The notes under the pieces were generated by a model, which worked only from the letters and a program-made list of their open reading frames with translations, was not told the origin of the DNA and did not search any database. 64,000 bases of DNA from positions 43,152,001 to 43,216,000 of the forward strand of contig OZ024742.1 of assembly GCA_964016885.1 (NCBI GenBank). The letters are read 5' to 3'. Source of the DNA: Eledone cirrhosa. Lineage: Eukaryota. Shown one piece after another: positions 34,199 through 47,179 of this stretch. Within the stretch, counting starts at the first letter, position 1. Each line of letters begins with the position of its first letter. The position numbers were made by a program, and so were the translations under genes.

Positions 34199-37100
34199 AA
34201 TAATAATAATAATAATAATGATTTCTTTATTGGCCACAAGGGCTGACATCAAGAAAAACATTACAGACGGCACAGGACGGTACGATGTGGGTTTTGTGCG
34301 TGTAAATATTTTTATTATTTATATAAGAAAAGAAAAAAAGAGGACATAGAAACATATATATAAACAATAAAAATGAAAATTGAAACAATGAAAAATTCCC
34401 CAATAGGAGGGAAACCACCGAGGGTTACTCGTGGCGAAAGCCACACAAAAGACCACGGCTACCCTAAGCGCAAGCGCCCTCTCTCAATTTTTCCATTTCT
34501 CAAACTACAGACGTATATTCAGGTGGGTGAACGTAGCGAGAATGCACGAGACTTTTCTTTTCTGTCGTCGCTTGCGAAAGAGGAGGGAGGGAGAGAGACA
34601 CATTTAAATAAGGGAGGGAGAGAGACATTCTCGCTACATTCACCCACCTTTCAACAAACTTGCTAGAAGGCAGCACTTGCCTCTCCACCCTGATTTTCCT
34701 CTTCAAGTGAAACTTGAAAAAGTTAATTAGGGATTCGCCGAAGAGGAAAGAGTCTGTCTTTACCCCTTTTAACTTTGTCCACCACACAGATGAAAACCGC
34801 CTGCCCTTCCTCCTCGAAGGAAGACGGCGAGACCATCTGCACAATGGACTCAGTCGACAACCGGATCAGTCCTACACGCGACAGCAACTGTTCGACATAG
34901 CTCCACAAGTCAGCAATGCTCGGGCACTGAACGAGTGCGTGCACAACGGTTTCGTCGCCCTGCGCGCATCTCGAACAGGCTCGGCTGACGGCACTTCCGT
35001 GCCTGTAGAGCTTATCTCGAACCGGCAGTGCTCCCCGGTAGCATTGCCAGGCCAGGGATTTTTGGAAGTTATCCATAGGCCCTGGGCTGAAAGTTCTCCT
35101 GAAGAGAGCAAACAGCAGATCTTCTTCGACGCCCAGGATCTCTCCGAGAATGTCGTCGCTCTTCCCCTCCACTAGTCCTCTATAGAACGCCGAGGTGGAT
35201 GTTCCACCGATACTGGTGCCCAGCTGGCAGAGGGCAGTGAGGGCCTGGAGACATTCCAGTTTCCAAGCGCTATCCCTCTGACCCAGGACTGCAGCTCCGT
35301 CAAGGAGACGAGCTGTGGGAAAACGTTCCTGGCGAACGGCGACCACACCTGTTCACCATCAAGGAAGCACCAGAGATGTCGCAGCCTCAGCGCATGTTTG
35401 CGCATCATCAGCCATGGCATGCCCAGTCCTCCACGCAACGAGTGTTGACAGCAGATGGATCGTCTGACCAAGAGAGCGCATCCCTTCCACAAAAAGCGGA
35501 AGAGAAGGCGCTCCATTTTGGTGAGAGTTGGGCTGGAGCAAGGGACGACGGTGAGGCGGTAGCAGATGACGGATGCGATGTACGCATTCGCCACCTCCGC
35601 CCGGCCTTTCAGGGACAGCTTCCTCTCGGCCTATTTCTGGTTGAGGGAGGCCACCCTGCTCGTCACCTCGTTCCAGTGTTTCTCCATCTGGAGGTCCGGT
35701 CCGAACCAGAGCCCGAGAAATTTAACCGGTCCGTCCGTCCAACGCCCCACGACGCTGTCGGACGGCATGGACTTGCCTCTCCAGGTGCCGAGCTGCAAGC
35801 CCACCGACTTTTCCTGGTTTATCTTTGCTCCTGTCACCGCTTCGTATTCCTTGAGAGCGGTGCCGAGCATCTGGACGTTTCTGGTGCTCGACACCACCAC
35901 GGTGACGTCGTCAGCGTAAGCCGACTCGGATTTCCCGCATCCTAGTTCGCGTGGGACGCCCCTCATCGCCCCCAGTTTGTGCAGTAACGGCTCGAGAGCC
36001 AATACGTACAAGAGGGACGAGAGGGGACAACCCTGGCGGACTGAGAGCATGGTGCTGAACGGCTGCGACAGGTGACCGTTCACCCTCACAACTGAGCAGA
36101 TGTCGCTGTACATTGCTGCGATCCAACCCCTGAAAACGGGCCCGAAACCGGCTGCCTCGAGGACCGCCGCCAGGTACCGATGGTTGACCCTATCGAATGC
36201 TTTGGATTGATCCAAGTTGATCAGGGACCCACCCTTGCCAGGTTCCTTAACCACCCTCTCTATGATGTATCGCATGAGGTGGAGGTTGTCGTGTATGGAT
36301 CTGTCCGGAATGGCGCATGTCTGCGCCTCTCCCACCAGACCCTTGACGATAAGCGCCAACCTCGTTGCTAACACCTTGGCCAAAATCTTGAACTCTGCGT
36401 TTAGCAGGGTTATGGGCCTGAAATTATCCATAACATCCCCCTTGTTCGGGTCTTTTCTCAGCAGCGCCACTGCTCCCCGGCTCACAAAACTGGGAATGCT
36501 CCCGTTCTGCTGCCAGTTGCAGTAGACGTCTGCCAAGAGGTCACCGAACAAGTCTGGCATAAATGCATAAAGCTCGTAGGGCAGACCATCCAAACCTGGC
36601 GATTTACCCCTTGTGCAGTTAGTCATCGCTTCCCGTATTTCACCGGCTGTTATTGGCTTTTCACAACACTGTGCTGCGGTCGTCGAGAGCCGAGGCAGTC
36701 CGTTGAGGTATGCACTAACGTCCATGCCCCGATCCGGGCCGCTGCCGCTCCCGAACAGTTCAGCAAAGTGCTGCTGAAAAGCTTCACACATCCGCTCGGG
36801 TTCGAGCATCACGCACCCGTTTTGGTCAGACAAAGACCGAATTGTGGCTTTGTTGCCACGTCGCGCCTCTGCCACCCGGGCCCATTGGACGGCTTTTGTC
36901 CCCTCGTGTTTTAGAGCACGCGCTCTAGCTCTGACAACGCAGCCTTCGTGTTTTGCGTTGAAGAATTGGTCGAGTGCCAATCTCGCCGCAAGCACGTCGG
37001 TTGCGATGCCTGTCCTAAACGCCTCTTCTAGCTTTCTGACTAGCTCTCCATCTACTCTATTTTCCTCTATCACTAGTCCTTTGCTAAACCTAATCGACTC

Positions 37101-39575
37101 TACTTTAATTGCCCTTTTCAGGGCGAACCACCACCTGTTGTTGACGACCGCTCCCGTCAACGCCCGATTAACTAATACGCTAATCCGGTCTCTGTAGGCT
37201 TTGCGCGCCGGGAAAGACGCGTTCAGCTTCCAGTAACCGGGCCCTTGTCTATGAAGTCTGTCTATGTCGATCTTACAGATCACAAATTTGTGATCTGTGT
37301 AGTCGACTACTTTAAATTGTGGACAACTTATACTAGCCTTATCTAATTCTCTGCAGAGTACCCTATCGAAATACGACCTGGATGACCCGATGCGGTTTGT
37401 CCATGTCCACATTGGCACATTCGGGTGATCCAATCGATACCTGTCAGACAGTTCAAAACGTCTGAGCAGGTTGGTGAGGCTCTTGCACCCTCCTCCCCTA
37501 TCCACTAGCCCCATACAATCCCAGCGTGCATCCAAGATACCGTTCCAGTCGCCCACTAACACTAAAGAGCGGGACGTTCCAAGAAAGGTCTCTAGACGTC
37601 TGAAGAAATCTGGCCGTCCTGCCCCTGTTAGGGTGTAGACGGCTACTTGCCTGAAAGCATTGCCTTCGCTGCTGGTCACGTCCAGTACCACTGACTTACC
37701 TTCTGGGTCTAGGAAGATGGCCCGTATGGCGAGATCCAAGCCTCTCCGAAAAGGGACGGCAACCCCTCCCCCCGATCCTGGACGGCTGGGAGATGCGTAT
37801 ACATCGTAGCCGCCGGAGATCGGTGCGAAGGCTCGTGCTTCGGAGATTCTGGTCTCGCTGATGGCCACCACATCTATGTTTAGTGACCTGAGGTCGTTGA
37901 GCAGGTGACCCTGCTTCCAAGATGACCCCAGGCCACGTGCATTTATACTGCCTATTCTGAGTACGGTCATGTTGGATGAGAAACGGGGCAAGTGAGAAAG
38001 GGTCACTTACCTTGATCATGTGGTGAAGGGACAGTAAAACCGTCCCTTTCGCTGGTCATGGGTGTTTCCAAGAGGATGTCAGTGTATATCCTCTTGGTAA
38101 CCGAACTTCTGAAGTCTCCAACTGCGTTGGGGAATTTTTGTTTTAAAAGTTTGTACTGTTCTATTGAGATTTCAATGATGCTTATGTTTGTCGGGAGAGT
38201 TCTTGGTGTTGGTGGGGTGTAGTAGTTTTCTTCTGTGATGTCTGTGTGCTGCTTTATATATTGTATGAGTTCTTTTTTTGCCATGTTTATGGCTGTATAC
38301 TTTTTTGGGGGGGAGGGGTGATTTTGTTGCTGTTTTCTTCTTGTTACTGTTTGGTGTGTGTGTTTTGTTTTGTTTGAGTTGTTGGTGTTTTTGGTGATGC
38401 TGGTTGTGGTGTTGTTGTTATTGGTGGTGGTGCTTGTGGTGTTGATGGTGATGGTGGTGGTGTTGCTGTAAGTTTCCTTGCTGCCTTTACCCCTCATTGT
38501 GTGCCTTCGCTTTTGGAGAGCGAAGCTAAGGGTTTTTTCTTTTGTGTTTTTTTGTGGCAGACTGTTTGCCTCTTCCCTCCCGCCTCAAACTCCATGTCGG
38601 ATTCCGTGGCGTCTGGGAGGGGTATGTGCTCCACGGCTGTTGGTGGTGATAGTGACGCCCTCTCCGGAAATTTTGTTGCTGGTGTAGCTACTGCAAATGT
38701 AGCTATTGGTGTTGCCGCCACTGATGCTGCTGCTTTAGTTGTCCGTGGTCTTGGTACAGGTGCCACGGACGTTTCCCCCCTACTCACCGTGGAAGGGGCT
38801 TCTGAGTTTGTTGCCTGCCCTGCTCTTTGTAGCAGCGGACCAGGTATTGGAAAGAGAGGGGCCTTCTTTTTCGCTGTTTTCTGCGGGCAAAAGGCCCTGA
38901 GGTGACCCTTTGACCCATAGAGATAACATTTTGGCCGTCTTCCTTCTACGCTTATAGGGAGTTGAAGTCCTTCCTCGACGTCTATGATATCGGGGATAGC
39001 GTCGATACATTCCTGGTCAGTTTGTATAAGCATTTGCATGCCTATACCTGACCAGTTCTATCTCCCTATTTTCTCTACTTGCAGCACGGTCGTCCTGTCC
39101 TCGATTCCAGCAAGGACAGACGCGGCTAGCCAAGGTATGGGCTCGTCGGGTGGGACCTGGGTCACATTTACCGTCACAATTTTCTGCCCGCAGTAGGAGG
39201 CCACCAAGACTATCTCCTCACTCTTTAGGGTTTCCAAAGAGTTAGACTTCGCTTCTTGGGGGGTGGCGAAAAGAACGTCTACTGTGGCGTGCTTTCTGTC
39301 TCGGGTGGTGTGGGTTTTGCGTGCCCAGACGCACCCCAAGGCCTTTGGGATTTGAGCCTCCGTGGCTCTCTCCACTCGATGTGAGATTTTGCTTACAGTG
39401 CGGTAAGTCACCGTCCGTAGCTGCTGGTCCTTGAAAAAATCGGGTGGAGGTTTCAGGGAGACTCTATTGACACTTCTTGTCACCATGGCCCTTGCGACTT
39501 CCATCTCCTCCTCTGTGACTAACACTGTTTCGATATTTCGGGCGACACCTGCAAAAGAAGTGGTCCCTTTGTTTT
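34199..39575 (-). mobile_element. L1/Tx1 LINE A, 5'-truncated in ORF1, with (ATT)7 tail
   Basis: ORF1 pieces 38003-39525; ORF2 from ATG 37970 open to 35631, then disrupted; 3' end CTTGTGGCCAATAAAGAAATC(ATT)n. Confidence 0.9.
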
Positions 39576-39589
39576 ATTTTTTCTAACAT

Positions 39590-39672
39590 CGGGAGTGAAA
39601 TTGACTGGCAGTCAAATTACCGGAGTCATAATACTGGGAGTGAAATTACCAGGGGTCAAATTACCTAGAACC
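39590..39672. repeat. ~15-bp tandem repeats, likely subterminal repeats of a DNA transposon/MITE end
   Basis: GGGAGTGAAATTGACT/GGCAGTCAAATTACC-type units x5. Confidence 0.5.
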
Positions 39673-39699
39673 ATGTAGTTGTATTTATTCTGGTTCTTT

Positions 39700-39850
39700 A
39701 CATTCTGAGTTCAAATCCCGACATGAACAACTTTGCTTTTCATCCTTTCAGTGTTGATGAAATAAGTAGCAGTCAAGTACTGGTGGGAATTTAATTGACT
39801 TTCCCTCCCCCAAAATTTACTGACCATGTGCCTAAAGCAGAAACCCTTAT
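39700..39850 (+). mobile_element. SINE (same core family)
   Basis: GAGTTCAAATCCCG...CTTTGCTTTTCATCCTTTC...CCTAAAGCAGAAAC. Confidence 0.7.
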
Positions 39851-39859
39851 TTAAGTGAT

Positions 39860-40115
39860 GACATCCTAAGCTTCCCATTCAACAGTGGTAAACCCCTTCA
39901 TCTGGATGGGATGTGTAGCAACAAATCCAGGCTTCATTGTCTGACAAACTGAAGACCATAAGCTACTGAAGTATCAGCCACTTGCAATAGTTGTGTCGTT
40001 GAATCTACATCGATGAAGACTTCTGGTATTCTGGTCCTCAAACTATCTTCCTACTCACTGTTATTGGTATGGTGTTTACCACCTGCAAGAGTGAGCCTTG
40101 CAAGTTGGAATAGCT
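39860..40115 (+). mobile_element. Decayed CRE-like RLE fragment
   Basis: FPFNSGKPL..WD; DNA match to 53190-53290 (ACCACCTGCA.G.GTGAGCCTTG). Confidence 0.55.
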
Positions 40116-40124
40116 ATTGCAACA

Positions 40125-43100
40125 CATCATCATCGTTTAACGTCTATCTTCAACGCTAGCATGGGTTTAGACGGGAATTGTCTCACGTGAGGCAAGATTG
40201 GTTGTCTTGCTCGTATAGGACTGTCTGGCAGGTTTTCTACGGCTGGATGCCTTTCCTAACACCAACCCCGTTTACAGTGTGGACTGGGAGGTCTTTACCG
40301 TGTTACCTACACGGCCACATTACAGCGTGGAGTGTGTGTTTTTTTGTCTTGACACCTACACGACCTCATTTATTTAGGACTGGATGTTGTGGCACCAACA
40401 TAACTTTACAGAGAAAGGCGTGGTGTAGATGGGGCTGAGATATGGGTAGTGGGATGAGGATGTATTTTTGGTTAGGTGGTGCCTACTGACTGTAGGTTTC
40501 GCTTTGTACTTAGGCAAGGCGGGTCTTCTGTATGACTGCGTAGCGCCAAAGATCTCGGTCCTGTGACATTGTCTTGGAGAGGTGTAAGTGTGTAAGGTCG
40601 GAATTTATCAAGTCGTCCCAGGTTTTTCTGGGTTTGCCTACTCCGTAGCTACCGTCTATTTTGATCGCCCTGCACTTTTTTATACAGCTGTCGTCTTTCA
40701 CGCGCATCACGTGACCATACCAACATAGTCTTCTCTCGAGTAAACAGCATCTGATCCCTCTTATTCCTAATTTCTCACTTAGTTCATTTATGCTTTGCCG
40801 TTCACGTATATTACTATTACACATCCAACGGAGCATGCAAGCTTCGTTCCTCTCCAGTCTGCGTAGATCCTCTGCACACAGTGCCCATGTCTCACTGCCA
40901 CGTAACATTGCTGTTCGTATGCAGGCATCATACAGTCTGCCTTTCATTTTTAGGGAGAAAACAGTATAGTTGACATGTCAATGAATAGATGAGAGAATGA
41001 AGCAAAGTTCTTAGTTACCGTTTGATTGCCAGGCGCACGCGCCTAGCCGAAGACGGCTGGCGAAGGCAAATGAGAGAGAGGGAACTTAAAGTTGTTAGTT
41101 TTATAGGGTTCTGACCGGAAGTTACAGAGAGGGTTCTATTTCCTGTCTAGAGAGCGTTAATCTATTGGGGATGTGAGTGTCACAACAAGGGAGGCAACTC
41201 CTGTTACATTATCCCCCGCCAGATTTTTTAAATATAAAAATCGAATGAAATATGTTGGCGAGAATGTTGTAACAGGCATGGAAATTACGAAAAAAATAAT
41301 GTTTGCAAAAATCAATGATAGATATCAAGGTAGCCAACCGCTCTTGGCCAGAGAACGACCGGACATCTGTCTATCCATCACTCAAAGATACAATGTAATG
41401 AAAGTAAGAGAAGAGCTCAAAGTTCAAAATACAGTTCACAGGTGTGAAATCACATGACAGCAGGAAAGAAAGTGTATTCCATAGAATGAATGCAAGTGGT
41501 TTCTGTTCTGTGGTATAACGTGAAATTTCCAACCTCCGAATGGATTTTCTCACAGGAAGAGTGCTGCAAAAATAAATTCTCTGGCTTGTTCTGCTGGTTT
41601 TGGTTGTTGATGAATCTGTGTTGCTGTTGATGTTGTTGTCTCGCGGAGTGAGCGTATTCGATGTTTAAATTCACAGTAAAAAAATTTTTTTTTTAGAAAA
41701 AATGAGTTGCGCAAAGTGCTAGAAATAACAGCCGAAGTTTATGGTCGATGTTGAGAATGCGTTGACCTGGAAGGGTCAAGAGGCCAGCGACCAAAGAAAT
41801 AAGCATTCTGAATAAATGCGCAGTTTTCAACGGCAAATTTACGTGGTAAATTTTTAAACCGGCAAATAGGAGAATATAGCTTAAGGCTGGAGAATCCTTG
41901 GCGAGAAACGTTATCTCATGGCGTGCGGCTATCTCTGTGAGTCGAGAATCCTGCTGCCTACACGTGCCAAAACAAGGTTAAGTTGAAAAAAAGAAATATT
42001 TCTATTGCGCGAGGAAATTATAGTGCAACAGGTCGTTAGCAGCCATTTTGAAAAAATGTGTGTGTGAAAGTGACAATGATGAAAAAGAAAGAAAGGCTTC
42101 ACTTAGTATAACAAATATGGCGAGTTCAATTTTTTTTTTTTTTTTTTGTGAACTGAAAAATACTTGAACGATGAAGAAAACGATGAAAAAAAGGCAATAG
42201 TTGAGATTCATCGAAAATAAATGTTCCTGTTGGAATGTTTTAAAAAAAAAAAATCAAATTCCTTTTTTTGTTTTTGTTTGTTTTTGAAGTGTTCGTTGTA
42301 AGAAACGAAAAACATATATATATATACAGTGAACTGCGACAGTTAGTGGATGCGTGAGGAAAAAGAGTCTGTCTGAACGAGAAATTCACATGTGCGTGTG
42401 TTCGTTTCTTTGACTGCGTATTTTCAGTTTGTCAATAAAATTTGCTGTGTATTCGTAATGTTACTCACACAACACCAGATTCTGCTATTTTTTATTTTTT
42501 TCGGGGTCACCACTTATAACAAAATACTAGTGTGTATGAATATAACATGAGACGTGGTTTATGTGTACAATATTTAATCAACAATTTGTGGATATATAGA
42601 ACAGTATAGTTGACATGTCAATGAATAGATGAGAGAATGAAGCAAAGTTCTTAGTTACCGTTTGATTGCCAGGCGCACGCGCCTAGCCGAAGACGGCTGG
42701 CGAAGGCCAGGAGCCGGAAAGGCAAATGAGAGAGAGGGAACTTAAAGTTGTTAGTTTTATAGGGTTCTGACCGGAAGTTACAGAAAGGGTTCTACTTCCT
42801 GTCTAGAGAGCGTTAATCTATTGGGGATGTGAGTGTCACAACAAGGGAGGCAACTCCTGCTACAAAACCTTTAGCGGCCAATAGTGGTATAAGCTCTCTG
42901 AACTTTTTCCATCCCGTTCTGACTCTAGCTACTGAACTTTCAGAGCACCCTCCACCACTGCTGATTTTGTCACCCAGGTAACAGAAGGTGTCCACTATTT
43001 CTATAGAACCATCTGGGCAATTGAAGGAGCTAGTATCCTGTGGGCACTTGCTACTACTTATTGCACCTGAGCACCGGCCACATATAAAATCTATGTTCTT

Positions 43101-43590
43101 AGTTAGTTTACCTGATCCCACTACATCTTTTATGCACCCATACTTTGCATTTGGGACATAAAATGGAGTTTCTGCCTCCTCCTTTCCTACACACTGAGCA
43201 TGGCCATTTCTCAGGGGGGACCAGTGCCCTATTTTCGTTTCTACATACTAGAACTTTAGTCTTAGACAAGTTAATTTTAAGGCCTTTTGATTCTAGGCCA
43301 TGCTTCCAAGTTTGGAATTTCTTCTCTAGTTCAGCCATTGATTTAGCTATGAGCGTATAGAAGTTCCCATGGGCAGCCGGTCTTGAACTCCTCTGTTATA
43401 GCCTGTAGGGCAAAAATAAATAGGAAGGGGATAAGGACAGAGCCCTGATGAACACCGACTTTTACGCTAAATTCTTCACTATATTCGTTGTTAATTCTAA
43501 CCTTGCTGACTGTTTCTTTATACATGGCTTGTATAGCTCTCACGAGCCATTCATCAACACCTAGTTTTCTAAGAGCCCACCAGATAATGC
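40125..43590 (-). mobile_element. RTE-clade LINE 3' half, interrupted by LTR copy 3
   Basis: GVHQGSVL.P, PWELLYA, PHD insert, DTFCYLGD, KGRLY.ACIR.AML.GSETW, G.GKPRKTW; (GAT)n tail. Confidence 0.85.
40960..42864 (-). mobile_element. Non-autonomous LTR retroelement, copy 3
   Basis: LTR at 42515-42864 and partly deleted LTR at ~40960-41208; PBS TGGTGACCCCGA; PPT-like GGCGGGGGATAA; splits the RTE at GAGAAA/AAACCT. Confidence 0.88.
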
Positions 43591-44029
43591 ATCTCTCTCC
43601 CTATCCACTAGAACCATCAGGAAGCATGCACCTGGGGTTCTGCATGCCAGAGAGCATTCTCCCATATTGTCCTGGCATATATCATTTTGGTAGTGATAGT
43701 GATGTCTGTATACTTTATATATATATATGTCAGAGTATTGTAGTTTGCTTGAAGCATTGTTGAATAGGAAACACAAATTTAAATAATTTTGAAAACCATA
43801 CAATGCACTAGAAAGAAAATTAAAATTGATAAGATGACAAAAGAATCTTACCTTAGCAAATTTAATAATACAAAATATTTTCTGGTTTAAAAACCCATTA
43901 TCAAGGGACAATCCCTGTGTGAGACTTAAAGGATCGATCGAAGTTGACTTATTTGGAAAGCAGATGTTCCCTCTTTGAGAGCTGTTGGGGAGGGGGAGAT
44001 TTGTAATGCACAAACAGGTCCCTGCTGGC

Positions 44030-44900
44030 CGCTTTGCAGTAGAAATCGGTGTGAATTACACCTCTATCAATCTGAAATCAAGTAGAGTGAGGGACCCAGA
44101 ATCGGTGGGATGTTCGATGCTGAACTTGATGTTATTATCAGCATTGTTGAAAGATTCGAAACTCTTGTTGGCATTCTCCTTGGTGGATGTGAGGATGAGT
44201 ATATCATCCAGATATCTAGTGAAGAAAGTGCAGGTGTTGCAGGAGCTGAGTACTCGGCGTTCTAGTCTGTTCATATATGAAATGGCCAGTAAACCCAAGA
44301 TGCTGGATCCCATGGGTCGTCCAAAGGTCTGTTAGTAGGTTTGTCCCAGGAAGTTGAAAAAGGCATTGTTTACAATGATGGATAGGAGCTGGTGGATGTC
44401 GGTGGTGGTGAAGCCGAAACAATCCAGGTCGCTGAAACCGACACATTCAGTGAGTATGTCCATTGCTGGGAGTGCAGGTACTGATGTGTAGAGGGATATT
44501 ACATCTAGTCTGAAGGCGTACCTGTTGGATTTGAAGGTGTCAAGTTCTAGTTGGTTGAATCACTGGATGACATCATCCGATCTGTAGACGTGGCTCGGGA
44601 AGGTTGTCAACAGGGGCATTAAAATCTTGGACAGAAGCCAAGAGATTTTATAAGATGTTCCTTCAACACTGGAGAAAATGGGTCTAATTTTCAGGTCGGG
44701 TCCTTCTTTGTGGGTTTTGATCAGGTGGTAGAAGTTGGGCAGCCTGCTGTTTCTCGTTATGTAATTGTACCGGAATCTCTTCAGGAGCCTTCGTCAGTCA
44801 CAGATGTTGGTCCAGGCGGTGTTGATCCAGTTCTATATCAATGCGGGTGTATTTCCTTCTGAACCCTCTTTGGGGTCTCAGGATATGCAATCTTTGTGTG
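44030..44900 (-). mobile_element. Penelope-like element RT fragment
   Basis: FYHLIKTHKEGPDLKIRPI; LDVISLYTSVP; G.PMGS; FTRYLDDI; IKFSIE; LLD. Confidence 0.85.
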
Positions 44901-45329
44901 TCCATCCCACGCCTCCCAGGTCAGATCACAGGCCCATCGCCAGTTTTTACAGCATGAAATGGAGACTGCTATATATTTTTCAAACAGGCGCCTCTACCTA
45001 AAGCCTGAAATTGTCTCTTGTTCACACACACGAAGGACAATGTGGTATGGTTCTTTTTCGTTTGTCTTACCATATTGTAGTTTTGGTAGTCTTATTGGTG
45101 CCAGTCACCAATTTGTGAAGACTAGGCTTTTTTAGAGGCGCCCTTTACTTGCCTCATCAAAGCTCCATCACTGGGTTATGAGAGTTTCTTGGGAGTTACA
45201 GGTGTCATCCATTGCTCCATCTCTCCTAGTAGTTTATCGCTGTTGGTCCAGGGTTGCTTATTCATCCGGCAGTTACCTGTTTATATCGCAACTAACCATC
45301 ATATCTGGTGGCTGTATTGCTATCCATCA

Positions 45330-46060
45330 TCTGCAACCCATTCTCTAGCAGAACAGCTGTTACTTAACTCGACAGAAAATGATTTCCGACTTGCACTTGA
45401 TAGGCTTAATGCCAAGTGCTGTATGGCTGGAATGAAAAAAAAGCCTGCGCAGTGCACACTATATGTGATTGAAGTTCTACTGAAGCAGGTAGAGCAGTTC
45501 AAGTACCTTGGGGTCGTGTTCCCAAATGATGGAAGGCAGGAGGTTGAATTATGTGCAAGAATTGGAAGAGCTGGTGCAGAATGTGCCAGCTTCAGAATTC
45601 AGTAATCAGAAGGGAGGAAAGTGTGAAAGCCAAACTCGCTATCTTCAATTTGGTATTTATGCCAACCCTTACCTATGGTTAATGAATCTTAGGTAATGAC
45701 CAAAAGAATGCAATTGTGAATGCAAGCAGCCAAAATGTGATTCCTCCGATGGGTCTTTGGAGTAACATTACTTGATAGAGTGCATAGCTTGGAGATCAGA
45801 GTCAATCCAGGTAAAGCTGCTACAGCTCCGATACTATGGCATGTGGTTAGAATGTCTCAGGAAAGAATCGCTTGACAGATTTTACAGGCCAAACCAACTG
45901 GCAGGAGACCCTGAGCAAGATGGTTGAATAACATCCATAAGCTCAGCTATTCTCGTTTGGGGATCCAGCTGGATCAGTTGGGAACAGTTGCTTCTGCCAG
46001 GACCCACTGGAAGGAGTGTTCGAGGACTCTTCCCCCATTACCCTTTCAGGGACAAGTGGT
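45330..46060 (+). mobile_element. Old RTE (BovB/Expander-like) 3' fragment
   Basis: LKQVEQFKYLGVVF.NDGR.E.E..ARIG.A; similar copy at 56765-57095. Confidence 0.7.
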
Positions 46061-46443
46061 GGTGGTGGACAATGATGACAACACTGACAAATTCAGTTAT
46101 AAAAGTTCCTTTACTCACACATTTCTACTAGAACTTGGATATGTGTGAGAAGGACAAAGAATGAATAAGAAGGTGACCATGTGTGGGATTTGCATATTTA
46201 TAGTTAATTTTATAAGGATGTATAGAAAAATTCTTTGGAATCTGCACCCAGAACACACTGTAAGGTGGTTGGTGATAAAAACAAAAACTGTCAGTTTTCT
46301 CAGTTGCAGTATCTGCCTGATGACAACAGACCACAATAAATGGTGAGATGTTGAACCAATCACACATTAAAAAAAAAAAAACAGAAGTAATACTCTGATT
46401 TAGAACAAGACCAGCAATTTGGGGGAAGGGGAAAGTCGATTAA

Positions 46444-47179
46444 CCCTTTAGTATTTAAACCAGCCGTATCCAACCAGAATTCTACCTCTTTCTGTTCAAC
46501 CTGGCCGTAACTTGCTAGTAATACTCATGTTAACCCTTTAGCATTTACATTTGTATTTTCACAGTAAACACTTTACCTCACATAATTATCTCGCATAATA
46601 TTGAATCTATGAGATTTTGATAGTATTTATTTTGAGAACAATGCCTTATCATCAGTATGAGTGGCCAGTTTAATCAGAAAGAGGTGAGAGAATTCTGGCC
46701 GGATATGGCCTGTTTAAATGCTAAAGGTATTGGTCTCAAAATAAATTACATCAAAATCTCATAGATTCAATATTATGTGAGATAAAACCTTTATCATGAA
46801 AATACAATAGTATCATCATCATCATTTCATTTTTACGTCCGCTTTTTCCCTGCTCGCAAGGGTGGGACGGGAACTGATTTTGGCTTGGTTTCTACAGCTG
46901 GATGCCCTTCCTAACACCAACCGCATTTACAGTGAGTGCTGTGTGCTTTTTTGCCGTGGCACCTGCACGACCACTTTACAGTGGAATGATATGGACCCCA
47001 GTCCCTATCATCTCATTTCTACAGCTGAGTAAACTGGAGCAATGTGAAATAAAGTGTCTTGCTCAAGGAAACAACACATCACCCGGTCTGAGAATTGAAC
47101 TCACAACCTTTCGATTGCAAGGCCAATGCTCTAACCACTAAGCCATGTGCCTTCATATATATATGTAAATGCTAAAGGG
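46444..47179. mobile_element. piggyBac-like MITE composite inserted at TTAA inside a SINE
   Basis: TTAA|CCCTTTAG at 46444 and 46534; TIR CCCTTTAGCATTTACAT matches 47163-47179|TTAA; SINE sequence resumes on both sides. A related element lies at 51347-51571. Confidence 0.65.
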
